Virus record (IMG/VR): IMGVR_UViG_3300037086_000458
Coordinates: 1-64,000 of that record
From: a virus
Direction: 5' to 3' (one strand)
Length of the DNA stretch: 64,000 nt
Shown: one piece after another, positions 47,227 to 56,090 of the stretch
Numbering within the stretch: position 1 is the stretch's first letter
How the letters are laid out: each line of letters begins with the position of its first letter
Notes under the pieces: model-generated
Databases searched by the model: none
What the model saw: only the letters and a program-made list of their open reading frames with translations
Told to the model about the DNA's origin: nothing
Made by a program: the position numbers and the translations under genes

Positions 47227-47845
47227 GAAAAGTATAGTAAAAGAAAAAGTCAAAAGAGCATACAAGAAAAAATCCTGCAAAGATATCGTCCCTGCCATTG
47301 AGAAAGAATTCCAGGATATTAAATATCGATTTAAGAATAATACCGAAAAATGGATGACCATAATTTTAAATGAGAGCTGTGTACTACTCGAATCCTATAA
47401 GGCCATTGAAAATGAAATAGAAGATCTTTTCGGAGAGGATACTATTTATTTCATTCCTGTATATATAGAAAAAGAGAATAATGCCGATATTGGATTCCAG
47501 TTGTTTGATGGATACATTTTTGTAAAGCGTTCCGAAGCCGCTAATAAAGAGTCTTTTAAAAAAACAGAACACCTCGATAAAATTCTGTATAAAGGCTCTA
47601 ACCCCTATTCTGCTACTAATAGAGATATTAACAAATTCAAGACTAAGATGAAATTGGATCTCATTAAAAGAATCCCTAAAAAAGGATCTAAAATAATAGC
47701 TAAAGAGGGTACTTTTAAGAATCAAGAGGGTACTGTTTTGTCGGTAAATACAAGGAAGAAAACAGCAATAATTGAATTTCGTAAGAGGACAAGAATAGTC
47801 ACAGCTAAATTATCAGTTATAAATTTTGAACTGAAGGATGATTAA
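47207..47845 (+). CDS. NusG-family transcription antitermination factor
   Basis: NGN (FIPV...LFDGYIFV) and KOW (KGSKI...EGTFKN.EGTV) motifs. Confidence 0.78.
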   Translation: MMGSKYKKSIVKEKVKRAYKKKSCKDIVPAIEKEFQDIKYRFKNNTEKWMTIILNESCVLLESYKAIENEIEDLFGEDTIYFIPVYIEKENNADIGFQLFDGYIFVKRSEAANKESFKKTEHLDKILYKGSNPYSATNRDINKFKTKMKLDLIKRIPKKGSKIIAKEGTFKNQEGTVLSVNTRKKTAIIEFRKRTRIVTAKLSVINFELKDD

Positions 47846-48771
47846 TGCATAATTTTATTATAGACGGCAATAACCTTGTTTATCGGTCCCATAACGCTAA
47901 CTTTGAATTAAAGACAGCTGCCGGTCTTTTTTCTGGTATGCTATTTGGATTTACCAGAACGTTAGTGTCTTTAAGAAAAAAGTATCGAGATTTTAATTTT
48001 TCAGTGGCATGGGATAATCGTGCTAAAGAAAAGTTTGAAATACAGCCCGATTATAAAGCAGGGAGATCATCGTTACCAGCAGCTGTTTGGGATCAAGTAT
48101 CGGATATTAGGGATCTTTTAGAAAATACGGGTGTTGATCAGTATGAAAAAGAAGGTCAGGAAGCTGACGATGTTATTGCAAGTTTATCAAAAGAATTCAA
48201 AAAAGATGGAAAAGTTTATATCTATACCAACGATAAAGATCTATTACAGTTGGTAGAAGATGGTAAAGTTATTGTATATAAGCCAAAGGTAGGAGTTAAT
48301 CCTGAAAAATTTTATGATGAAGAGGCAGTGAGGGATCTTTTTGGAGTTCCTCCAAGAAAATTGGGGATATATAGAAGTTTTGATGGGGATGATAGTGATA
48401 ATATAAAAGGTATCTCCAGGGTGCCTAGAAAGATTGTGGCCAGTTTAGTAAATAAGTACTCGAGTATAGATGAAGTTTATGCCAATCTTTCTGAAGTTAA
48501 ATTGACTGATTTTCAGAAAGGATCCTTTGAAGAAGCTAAAGAGCGTATTAAAAAGAATGCCAAGATTGTCTCTCTTAATAGGGACTTAACTGAGATAAAT
48601 AAACGTGAAGCTTCTTTTAATAAAGAAAAAGTAAATACATTGTTAGAAAAATATGAGATTAAATCTTTGAAAGCGGATGATATAGTAGAATTGTTTTTGT
48701 CCACTATAAACATGAGATATAGCGATCCTATGGAGGGGGTAAAATTAGAATTTTTTAGTCTCTTTGGTTAA
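47845..48771 (+). CDS. 5'-3' exonuclease (PolA N-terminal/FEN-like)
   Basis: IIDGNNL.YR, YKAGR, EADDVIASL, DKDLLQL, GDDSDNIKGI. Confidence 0.92.
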   Translation: MHNFIIDGNNLVYRSHNANFELKTAAGLFSGMLFGFTRTLVSLRKKYRDFNFSVAWDNRAKEKFEIQPDYKAGRSSLPAAVWDQVSDIRDLLENTGVDQYEKEGQEADDVIASLSKEFKKDGKVYIYTNDKDLLQLVEDGKVIVYKPKVGVNPEKFYDEEAVRDLFGVPPRKLGIYRSFDGDDSDNIKGISRVPRKIVASLVNKYSSIDEVYANLSEVKLTDFQKGSFEEAKERIKKNAKIVSLNRDLTEINKREASFNKEKVNTLLEKYEIKSLKADDIVELFLSTINMRYSDPMEGVKLEFFSLFG

Positions 48772-48809
48772 TTTTTTTAAATTAATAGCAGAAGGGATGG
48801 CGGAGGATC

Positions 48810-49460
48810 ATGAATAAAATAATAGACAGGAATATGGACCCTTATGAGTTACAAAACAGATTTTGTGACGATAACGACAACGAATTTGATGGAGAAGTCC
48901 AATTATTAAATTCGGTAAGTGACAGGAACCTTTTTAGATTTGAGGATTTTGAACCGTTCATACAGAAGCTCCCGCAGAGGGAAATAGATCTTATTGAGAT
49001 GTATTATAAGGATAGGAAGAAGCAGAAGGAGATAGCTGATTTTTTTGGAGTTACGCAAGGAGCCGTCTCTCATAGGTTATCTCGGGCTGAGAAGAGATTA
49101 GATTTTCTTAAAAAAATGCCTAAGCTTTCTGAAGATATTAGAAAAATTTTAAATAAGCATTTTATTATTTTTGAGATAGATCTTATTAATTATATGATTG
49201 AAACAACTTGCCAGTCTAAAACAGCGGAACTCTTAAATAAAAAGTATAAACTACAAGGTAAAAATGTAATGACTCAAATTAAGGTCAGGCATAAATTTGA
49301 TCGTTATATAGATAAAATGAAAAAACTTAAGAGGACATATAAAGATTTAATGGATTGTTATAAATTGGCTCAATATATAAAGAATAACCTCTATATGCTT
49401 CACGAAGTGGTACTCCCCCACTTTGACAAAGGGTATAAAGTTAACTATAACCACCGTTAA
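48810..49460 (+). CDS. Sigma70 region-4-like HTH protein
   Basis: LPQRE..LI.MYY....QKEIA..FGVTQGAVSHRLSRA. Confidence 0.75.
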   Translation: MNKIIDRNMDPYELQNRFCDDNDNEFDGEVQLLNSVSDRNLFRFEDFEPFIQKLPQREIDLIEMYYKDRKKQKEIADFFGVTQGAVSHRLSRAEKRLDFLKKMPKLSEDIRKILNKHFIIFEIDLINYMIETTCQSKTAELLNKKYKLQGKNVMTQIKVRHKFDRYIDKMKKLKRTYKDLMDCYKLAQYIKNNLYMLHEVVLPHFDKGYKVNYNHR

Positions 49461-49546
49461 TTAAAAGTTTGAAGTTAATAACCTTTTCATAATTTTTCAC
49501 CATTAGAATTCTAAAAGTATCAGTAAAATTCTAATGGTGATTTTTT

Positions 49547-49954
49547 ATGTATATTTCTATAGCAAATAGAGTCCGTAAATTAGCTAGAGTCATGATAGCT
49601 GATAATCCTGACACGGATCAATATACGTATACAAATCCTAGCAATGATTACCCCTCAGATATAACCTATGACGTATGGCCTGGCGAACCTAGTAATAAAT
49701 TAAATGATCCCGCTTCTAAGATAGATGATTTAAAGAAAAAATATGATATGCATTTAATAGGCCCCGGGCCTATAGAAGATGATGAGATCCATGTAGGTGA
49801 GCGGCCTAGTTTCCTAGAAGACCCTGATTCTCCTAAGACTGATGATCAAAATAAAGTTCAGGATTTTGTAACGTCAAAAGGGGAAGAAGATTCTGATGTC
49901 TTAGATAGAGAGACATGGGTCGGAGAAGGTATAATAGATCCTTTTAGTTTTTAA
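49547..49954 (+). CDS. Hypothetical acidic protein
   Basis: 135 aa, first gene of the putative late block. Confidence 0.65.
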   Translation: MYISIANRVRKLARVMIADNPDTDQYTYTNPSNDYPSDITYDVWPGEPSNKLNDPASKIDDLKKKYDMHLIGPGPIEDDEIHVGERPSFLEDPDSPKTDDQNKVQDFVTSKGEEDSDVLDRETWVGEGIIDPFSF

Positions 49955-49959
49955 TTATT

Positions 49960-50625
49960 ATGACAACTATAGATGGTATCCCTTTTGAATGTATTAAGTG
50001 TGGCAGATGCTGCAAGTGGAAAGGGTATGTTTTTTTATCTAAGCCAGATGTAACGAGCATGGCTAATGCCCTTACTGATGAAGATGAAAATGAGTTTTTA
50101 GATCAATATACAAGGATGCTTGATAAGGGTAAATATCTTGTTTTAAAGGACAAGCCTGATTCAAGAGAGTGTATGTTTTTAGAAAATAATGAATGTTCCA
50201 TATATAAAATCAGACCAGAGCAATGTAAAATATTCCCTGTAAGTTATACGGAGGAATGCCCTGGTTTTATGATAAAAGGAGATGAACCTATGGATAAGAT
50301 GTCTGAAAAAGTAACAGGAGTACAAGAGAAATTGTCAACGGATAATTTTGAAAAAGCCGTTACAAATAATCTCTATGAAGATCTTAAGACTAACCTGAAG
50401 GCTGCTAATGTCGCTGCAAGAGCCATAGAAGGCGGAGTCAGTATGTTTTTTGATCAGAGTAGGATTAAAATATCAAGTTTAGATGATTTATTTGCTTTTA
50501 GCAGGGTAGACGATAAGCATATAGTCCATAAGTCTACACAAGATTTGTGGTCTATTGAATCGGATGATTCTGGGGAAGTTCATATAACAAGGCTTTTTGA
50601 ATCGGGTAAACCCATAAAAGGATAA
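49960..50625 (+). CDS. YkgJ/CxxCxxCC cysteine-cluster protein fused to an unknown C-terminal domain
   Basis: FECIKCGRCC...CMFL....CSIY..RPEQC..FP. Confidence 0.8.
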   Translation: MTTIDGIPFECIKCGRCCKWKGYVFLSKPDVTSMANALTDEDENEFLDQYTRMLDKGKYLVLKDKPDSRECMFLENNECSIYKIRPEQCKIFPVSYTEECPGFMIKGDEPMDKMSEKVTGVQEKLSTDNFEKAVTNNLYEDLKTNLKAANVAARAIEGGVSMFFDQSRIKISSLDDLFAFSRVDDKHIVHKSTQDLWSIESDDSGEVHITRLFESGKPIKG

Positions 50626-50629
50626 AAAT

Positions 50630-51292
50630 ATGGCAAGAGAAAGATTAACAAACAGAATGGTAACAGCAGCTTCTGATCCTAAAAAGAAAAAGGAAAAAGA
50701 AGAAGGTGCCAGGAATTTGGATGGCTTTGAATTTGATAAATCCAAAGCAAAGATTCTTAAAGAATCCCTTCATAATATGAATGTTGCTCTGGGGACGCTT
50801 GTTTCAGCTATGAAGGAACTCGCCATACTGAGAGGTTCCGACATTACTCCTGACGGAAAAATTGGCGGGCGAGGATTTATTATGGAGTTCAAGGAAATTA
50901 AGAGCGTACTGAGCAGAGTCATTGAGGATCTGTCCAACGTTACAGATTCTATTGCTGATGAGCTTACTAACCCTAAATGGGGTCTTAAGGACAAAGAATT
51001 AAAGGTAGTAGAAAAAGAAAAAGAGGATGTGGAAGAAGAGAAAGAGGACGTTAAGGAAAATATTGCTGATAAAAAAATACAGCCAAGCGATACCCAGGAA
51101 ATTAAGAGAGATAATGATGAAGAAGGAAAAATATTTGAAGAAGTTATCGAAGATGATATTAAACCCGGGGATGTTAAAGATGCTTCTTTTTTAGATAGAT
51201 ATAAGGAGCTTTTAGGTAATAATGCAAAAGATAAAGTTGCAAGTGTGCTTAGCAAAAGAATATTAGCAAACATTTCTATTAAAGATAAATAA
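50630..51292 (+). CDS. Hypothetical protein
   Basis: 220 aa, AAAGGA SD. Confidence 0.75.
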   Translation: MARERLTNRMVTAASDPKKKKEKEEGARNLDGFEFDKSKAKILKESLHNMNVALGTLVSAMKELAILRGSDITPDGKIGGRGFIMEFKEIKSVLSRVIEDLSNVTDSIADELTNPKWGLKDKELKVVEKEKEDVEEEKEDVKENIADKKIQPSDTQEIKRDNDEEGKIFEEVIEDDIKPGDVKDASFLDRYKELLGNNAKDKVASVLSKRILANISIKDK

Positions 51293-51303
51293 AGGAGTAA
51301 AAA

Positions 51304-53265
51304 ATGGAACGCGAAAATAAGCCCGATATGATGGATTTCATGGGCGATAAAAATGCTTCAGCAATTAAGGTCCCTGATCTCGATTGGTTGGCACTTTCAG
51401 CAACTGATGTGAAGAATATTCCTGTGCCGCTTAATATTGAGATTGTACCCCAGCTTCAGGAGAATTGGAAGAGTTTTAATGACTCAAATCTAAATCTTAT
51501 AGCAAATACAATTAAATCTGAGGAGATTCCTTCTTCAGATAAAGTCACGCCAGAAACCATAAGAGATGTTGTGTATGCTGCTAAGAAAGATATGATGAAG
51601 GGTATTACTGGAAAAGCTTTGGCTCAAAAGTTAGCCTCAACATACCCAAAGAATCTTATTAAGGCAGCTGGAGAAGACCTGAAGAAGCTTGCCAATGAGC
51701 AAGGTCTCTTGGGTAATGTTTACATCGACCTTACTCCTTTTGACAGTTGTTCTGAAGCTGCTCGAGTTTTAGGTGCAGGTAAGATTAAGTTGGCCAGATA
51801 TGTTACTGGTAATCCACGCGGGCATATGTGCTCGTCTCATACTACAGGGTATTGCAAGGAACTCCGTAAAAATGTAGTTGCCTCTATGGAGTATTCAGAA
51901 GAGCTTCTTAAGAGTTATACGACACACCTTAGGATAGCAGGTATGATAGGGCCTAATGATGTTATAGATTCTAAGGATCTTCTTAGGACAGTTCTTCTAA
52001 GATCAGCGGAGGATAAGAAACCATCAGCTTTAGTAGATCCTACAGTGGATAAGTTTAGTTTTACAACAGTTGAAGCCGATTCAATGATGGATGATTTTAC
52101 AAATCTTCTAATTAAAGAGGCTTCACAAGTTGAAAAGAATCCTGAATTAACCCGTTTTATGGAAGTCAGACCTGTTCTGGCCTTTATCCAGGATGAAATG
52201 CTTAAAGGAAAAATAGGTGGTGATCTTAAAGAATCTATTAATCATAAATTTACCCCTGACATTATTGAGAAGTATTCTTCTGAGATTAAAAGGATAGCTT
52301 CACTACAAGGTTTATTGGGTAATGTTTATGTAGATATCTCCTACTATAAAGATGCGGATGATGCCATTAAAGCTATTAAGACAGCGGCAGTAAATCCTTC
52401 ATATCTTATTCAGAGTTATTCTAAGGGTAAATTTGATGATATCCTTAGAAAAGTTGCATTGAATACTGGATGTGAAATTCTTCCTAGAGATGGGAAGATC
52501 AGTAATAAAGTTGCAAGTAGCTACATAGATGATTTGCAATTCAATCAAAGGATTTCTTCCGATAAGGCTGATTATTCAAGAAGAAGAATTGAAGCAGGAG
52601 ATAATGTTTTAAGTGTTCTTAGGGATGTATTCCTGAATACTATTAGCTATACCCCCAGAACCCGTGAAGGTGGCGTAAAAGCTCATTTCTACCAAGAGCC
52701 TGCAAAAAAGTACGCACATAGGGACAAGCTTAAAGAAGCGGTTTATAAAGCAGTGGAGGCGGGTCTACCTATAGAAAGTATAGAGAATAAACTTATACAA
52801 CATATACCTACAGCAGAAGCTGTAAGTATTGTGAGAAATGTCATTGCTTCTGTTAAAGAAATAGATGCAAATGTACTTACTAAATGTGCCGTAGAGAAGT
52901 ATCAGTTTAGTCCTGATGTATCTCTTAAGAAAGCAAAAAAGTGTGATGATTGTATCATGTGCTCAACAGCTGGATGCACTAAGCATGGGTTAATTTTTGC
53001 TAAGGATAAGTCTAATAAGGAAGATAAGAAAGAGAATACAAAGCAAGACAAACCAAAAGCTAACATAGATACTAAGACTGAAAAAGTCCTTCTTGAAGAG
53101 AATCCTGATCTTACCCAAATGAATATTAGGAAGGAATTTGACATGCCTGATTATCTGGGTTCGAATATTAATGTTTCTTTGGAAAAAATGAGAGGTCAGA
53201 ATAAGCTTAGCATGGATATCAGTTTTAATACAGAAGGCTTAGACGACAATCTAAAAAATTTATAA
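51304..53265 (+). CDS. Large hypothetical (possible head-associated) protein with an internal duplication
   Basis: Repeated MMKG/MLKG...QGLLGNVY(I/V)D blocks; AAGGAG SD. Confidence 0.75.
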   Translation: MERENKPDMMDFMGDKNASAIKVPDLDWLALSATDVKNIPVPLNIEIVPQLQENWKSFNDSNLNLIANTIKSEEIPSSDKVTPETIRDVVYAAKKDMMKGITGKALAQKLASTYPKNLIKAAGEDLKKLANEQGLLGNVYIDLTPFDSCSEAARVLGAGKIKLARYVTGNPRGHMCSSHTTGYCKELRKNVVASMEYSEELLKSYTTHLRIAGMIGPNDVIDSKDLLRTVLLRSAEDKKPSALVDPTVDKFSFTTVEADSMMDDFTNLLIKEASQVEKNPELTRFMEVRPVLAFIQDEMLKGKIGGDLKESINHKFTPDIIEKYSSEIKRIASLQGLLGNVYVDISYYKDADDAIKAIKTAAVNPSYLIQSYSKGKFDDILRKVALNTGCEILPRDGKISNKVASSYIDDLQFNQRISSDKADYSRRRIEAGDNVLSVLRDVFLNTISYTPRTREGGVKAHFYQEPAKKYAHRDKLKEAVYKAVEAGLPIESIENKLIQHIPTAEAVSIVRNVIASVKEIDANVLTKCAVEKYQFSPDVSLKKAKKCDDCIMCSTAGCTKHGLIFAKDKSNKEDKKENTKQDKPKANIDTKTEKVLLEENPDLTQMNIRKEFDMPDYLGSNINVSLEKMRGQNKLSMDISFNTEGLDDNLKNL

Positions 53266-53283
53266 TATTAAATTGGAGATAAA

Positions 53284-54198
53284 ATGGAAGATAATATGAA
53301 AGATGGCGATGAGGATGATGGTGATGTGGGTGTTGGTGTAAATATTAATATTGAAGATATCCTGGTTGATCCATCTCTTGAAAAAGAGATTAGGGAGATT
53401 GAAAGTAGGTATATTGAAAGGGACATTATTAATCCTCCTAAGCAAAATATTATAAAAGATGTCCTTAGTAACTATAATGCAGATATAGGTCTGGATGAAT
53501 TGGATAACTTTGAGGATATTGAAAATAAGGGTATTGATAGGAATATTATTAATCCACCTAGACAAATTTCAGAAACCCCTACCCCATCTATTACTATAAA
53601 AGATATTCTAAAAGGACCTAAGATAGATGTAAAGCAAGAGATGGTAAAGATGGTACAGGATCAGGAAAAGATACCTATTCCTATTGAACATCCTATAGTA
53701 AATGATCCAAGTGAGATACTTGAAGGGACTATTAATCCTGCTGAGATAATACAGCAATTAATAGCAGACCCATTAAAAAATGACGCATTATACGCTATTA
53801 TAAGAAAAGAAGATTCTACTAACAATTTATTAGTACAGGTAATGAAGGAGATAGCTGAAGAGTTATCATATTTAAAAGCATATAGAAAAGTTCATTTTCT
53901 TGCAAATGAAGATGTCTCTGAAGTATCCGTTAAAAGAGTAAAATCATTAAAGATGTTAGTGGAAACTATTATAGAAAAAGAGAAGCTACAAAACGTATCG
54001 TTTGACGGTAAAATAGATTTTAGTGGTGAGAAATTCGAAAAAGTCATGGAATTTATTCTTACCACCGTTAAAGAAACTTTTGAAAAAGTCGGGATACCAG
54101 AACAGTTTAATGATATCTTTTTCATACAATTAGCTCAAAATCTTGAGGGTTTTGAGAAGAAAGTAGAAAAGATTTATTACGGGACACAGAAAAAATAA
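53284..54198 (+). CDS. Hypothetical protein immediately upstream of terL (terminase small subunit candidate)
   Basis: TAATG coupling to terL; short repeat IERDIINPPKQ/IDRNIINPPRQ. Confidence 0.55.
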   Translation: MEDNMKDGDEDDGDVGVGVNINIEDILVDPSLEKEIREIESRYIERDIINPPKQNIIKDVLSNYNADIGLDELDNFEDIENKGIDRNIINPPRQISETPTPSITIKDILKGPKIDVKQEMVKMVQDQEKIPIPIEHPIVNDPSEILEGTINPAEIIQQLIADPLKNDALYAIIRKEDSTNNLLVQVMKEIAEELSYLKAYRKVHFLANEDVSEVSVKRVKSLKMLVETIIEKEKLQNVSFDGKIDFSGEKFEKVMEFILTTVKETFEKVGIPEQFNDIFFIQLAQNLEGFEKKVEKIYYGTQKK

Positions 54199-56081
54199 TG
54201 ACTATTTCAAATATCTGTACTAACTTCATAAAGAGCAAAACTAGCTCCAAAGCTGCTGCTGAAAAGGATATAATTGAGTTTTGTTCCGCAGAGTGGGGTC
54301 TTGGGTTAGGTACGGTTACTGGAACTCCCCCTCTTTATCCTGCTCAGAAATTTATTTTAAAATGTTATTATGGATTGGAATTAGATGGTAGTAGTAATAG
54401 AAATATTATAATAAATGATCAATTTAATGAAACTGAGAGATATCGTTTTAATGAAATTGAATATGCAAAATATCTGTTTGATGAAGGTAGGATAAATAAA
54501 CCCCTTATAGATCATGCATTTGATCATATAGTTTTAGTAGTTGGAAGAAGGGGCGGAAAAACCTCTTTAACTTCTTGTATAATAGCATATGAAGCATATA
54601 AACTTTTATCGAGATACAGCCCCCAAGAATATTTTGGTATAATGCCAGAGGATGATATAAGACTTACCTGCGTTTCTACAAGTAAAGAAACAGCCTCTGA
54701 GTTGTTTAATAAAGTTACGGGTCATTTAGACAGATCTGAATTTTTTAGAAGATATAGATTAGAGTCTACAAAACAATCTATGTATCTTCAGACCCAAAGA
54801 GATATAGAAAAATATGGTAGAGGTAAAAGAGCCACTATATCAATACATGTGGCTCCTTGTAGCGCAAAAGGTGTTCGTGGTCATGGATCTATAGTTATAG
54901 GTTTGGATGAAATGGCCCATTTTTTTGAAGATGAAAAAGCTAAGGGTTTAGTTACTGGTAGTGATAAAAATGATAGGTCAATATACAATGCTATAACTCC
55001 TGGTGTAGCTAAATTTAAAAGTGCTATCGATAATGTTTTTTGTGGCAAGATTATATGTATATCTTCCCCAAGTATTAAATCAGGAAAGTTTTATGAAGAA
55101 TATGAAAGGTCGTTTAAATCCGATGTAAATGATCTGCTTATGATCCAGGCTCCTTCTTGGGAACTTGATCCAAATATGTCATCGGAGTATTTAAGAAGTA
55201 AATTCAGGGAAAATCCAATAGTTTTCAGATGTGAGCACGGTGCAGCATTTGATGATAGGTTAAAAGGTTGGATAGAAGATCCTGAAGTAGTTCGTCAAAA
55301 TATTGTACCTGGGTTAAGGTATAAGGATAGATCTTCTGAGCGTATTGCCCATTTTATGGGGATAGATATTGGTTTAAAAAATGATGGTACTGCAATAGTA
55401 ATATGTCATAGTGTCCAGGAGATAGTAGGGGGTATTAGACAGAATCTACTAGAGATAGATGCCGCTGAAGTGCGATATGCATCATTGGAAAATAAATCTC
55501 ATTTTGTACCAGATGAAATGGCTGATTGGATAGCAGGATTTACACAGAAGTTCTATATAATTAAAGGATTGATGGACCAATGGTATGGAATGGCTATCGT
55601 ACCACTTTTGGAGGGAAAAGGATTAAAGCAATTCGAATATAGAGAATTTAATGAAAATACAAATTCAACAGTGTTTCAAAATTTGTTAACACATTTTATT
55701 TCTCAGACGATAAGATTCCCTGATGTTGATAAGGTAATGTCTAATAAAGTTGGAGATACAGAATTAATTGCTGAAATATTATCGTTACAAGCGCATCAAA
55801 AATCAAAATACATAATAGCTGTTGCAGCTCCAGAACGTGATGGGGCACACGACGACTTAAGCAGCGCATTATCAAGAGCTGTTTTGTTGGCGTCAGATTA
55901 TAAAAATAAAGGATATGGAATTAAATTTGCAAATGTAGGAACTACTCAAGCTAAATCATTTGGATTGTCCAGGCATAAAGAATTAATGAAAATGTCTTTG
56001 AATAGACCGTCCAGGGGATCAATGTCCGCAAGAGACATGTTTAGTCGATCAGTTTATAGTTCAAATATGCGAACAAGATAG
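54198..56081 (+). CDS. terL: Terminase large subunit
   Basis: Q-motif LYPAQ, Walker A GRRGGKT, Walker B LDEMAHF, ISSP, nuclease GIDIG...D, HDD. Confidence 0.9.
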   Translation: MTISNICTNFIKSKTSSKAAAEKDIIEFCSAEWGLGLGTVTGTPPLYPAQKFILKCYYGLELDGSSNRNIIINDQFNETERYRFNEIEYAKYLFDEGRINKPLIDHAFDHIVLVVGRRGGKTSLTSCIIAYEAYKLLSRYSPQEYFGIMPEDDIRLTCVSTSKETASELFNKVTGHLDRSEFFRRYRLESTKQSMYLQTQRDIEKYGRGKRATISIHVAPCSAKGVRGHGSIVIGLDEMAHFFEDEKAKGLVTGSDKNDRSIYNAITPGVAKFKSAIDNVFCGKIICISSPSIKSGKFYEEYERSFKSDVNDLLMIQAPSWELDPNMSSEYLRSKFRENPIVFRCEHGAAFDDRLKGWIEDPEVVRQNIVPGLRYKDRSSERIAHFMGIDIGLKNDGTAIVICHSVQEIVGGIRQNLLEIDAAEVRYASLENKSHFVPDEMADWIAGFTQKFYIIKGLMDQWYGMAIVPLLEGKGLKQFEYREFNENTNSTVFQNLLTHFISQTIRFPDVDKVMSNKVGDTELIAEILSLQAHQKSKYIIAVAAPERDGAHDDLSSALSRAVLLASDYKNKGYGIKFANVGTTQAKSFGLSRHKELMKMSLNRPSRGSMSARDMFSRSVYSSNMRTR

Positions 56082-56090
56082 GAATAAAAA

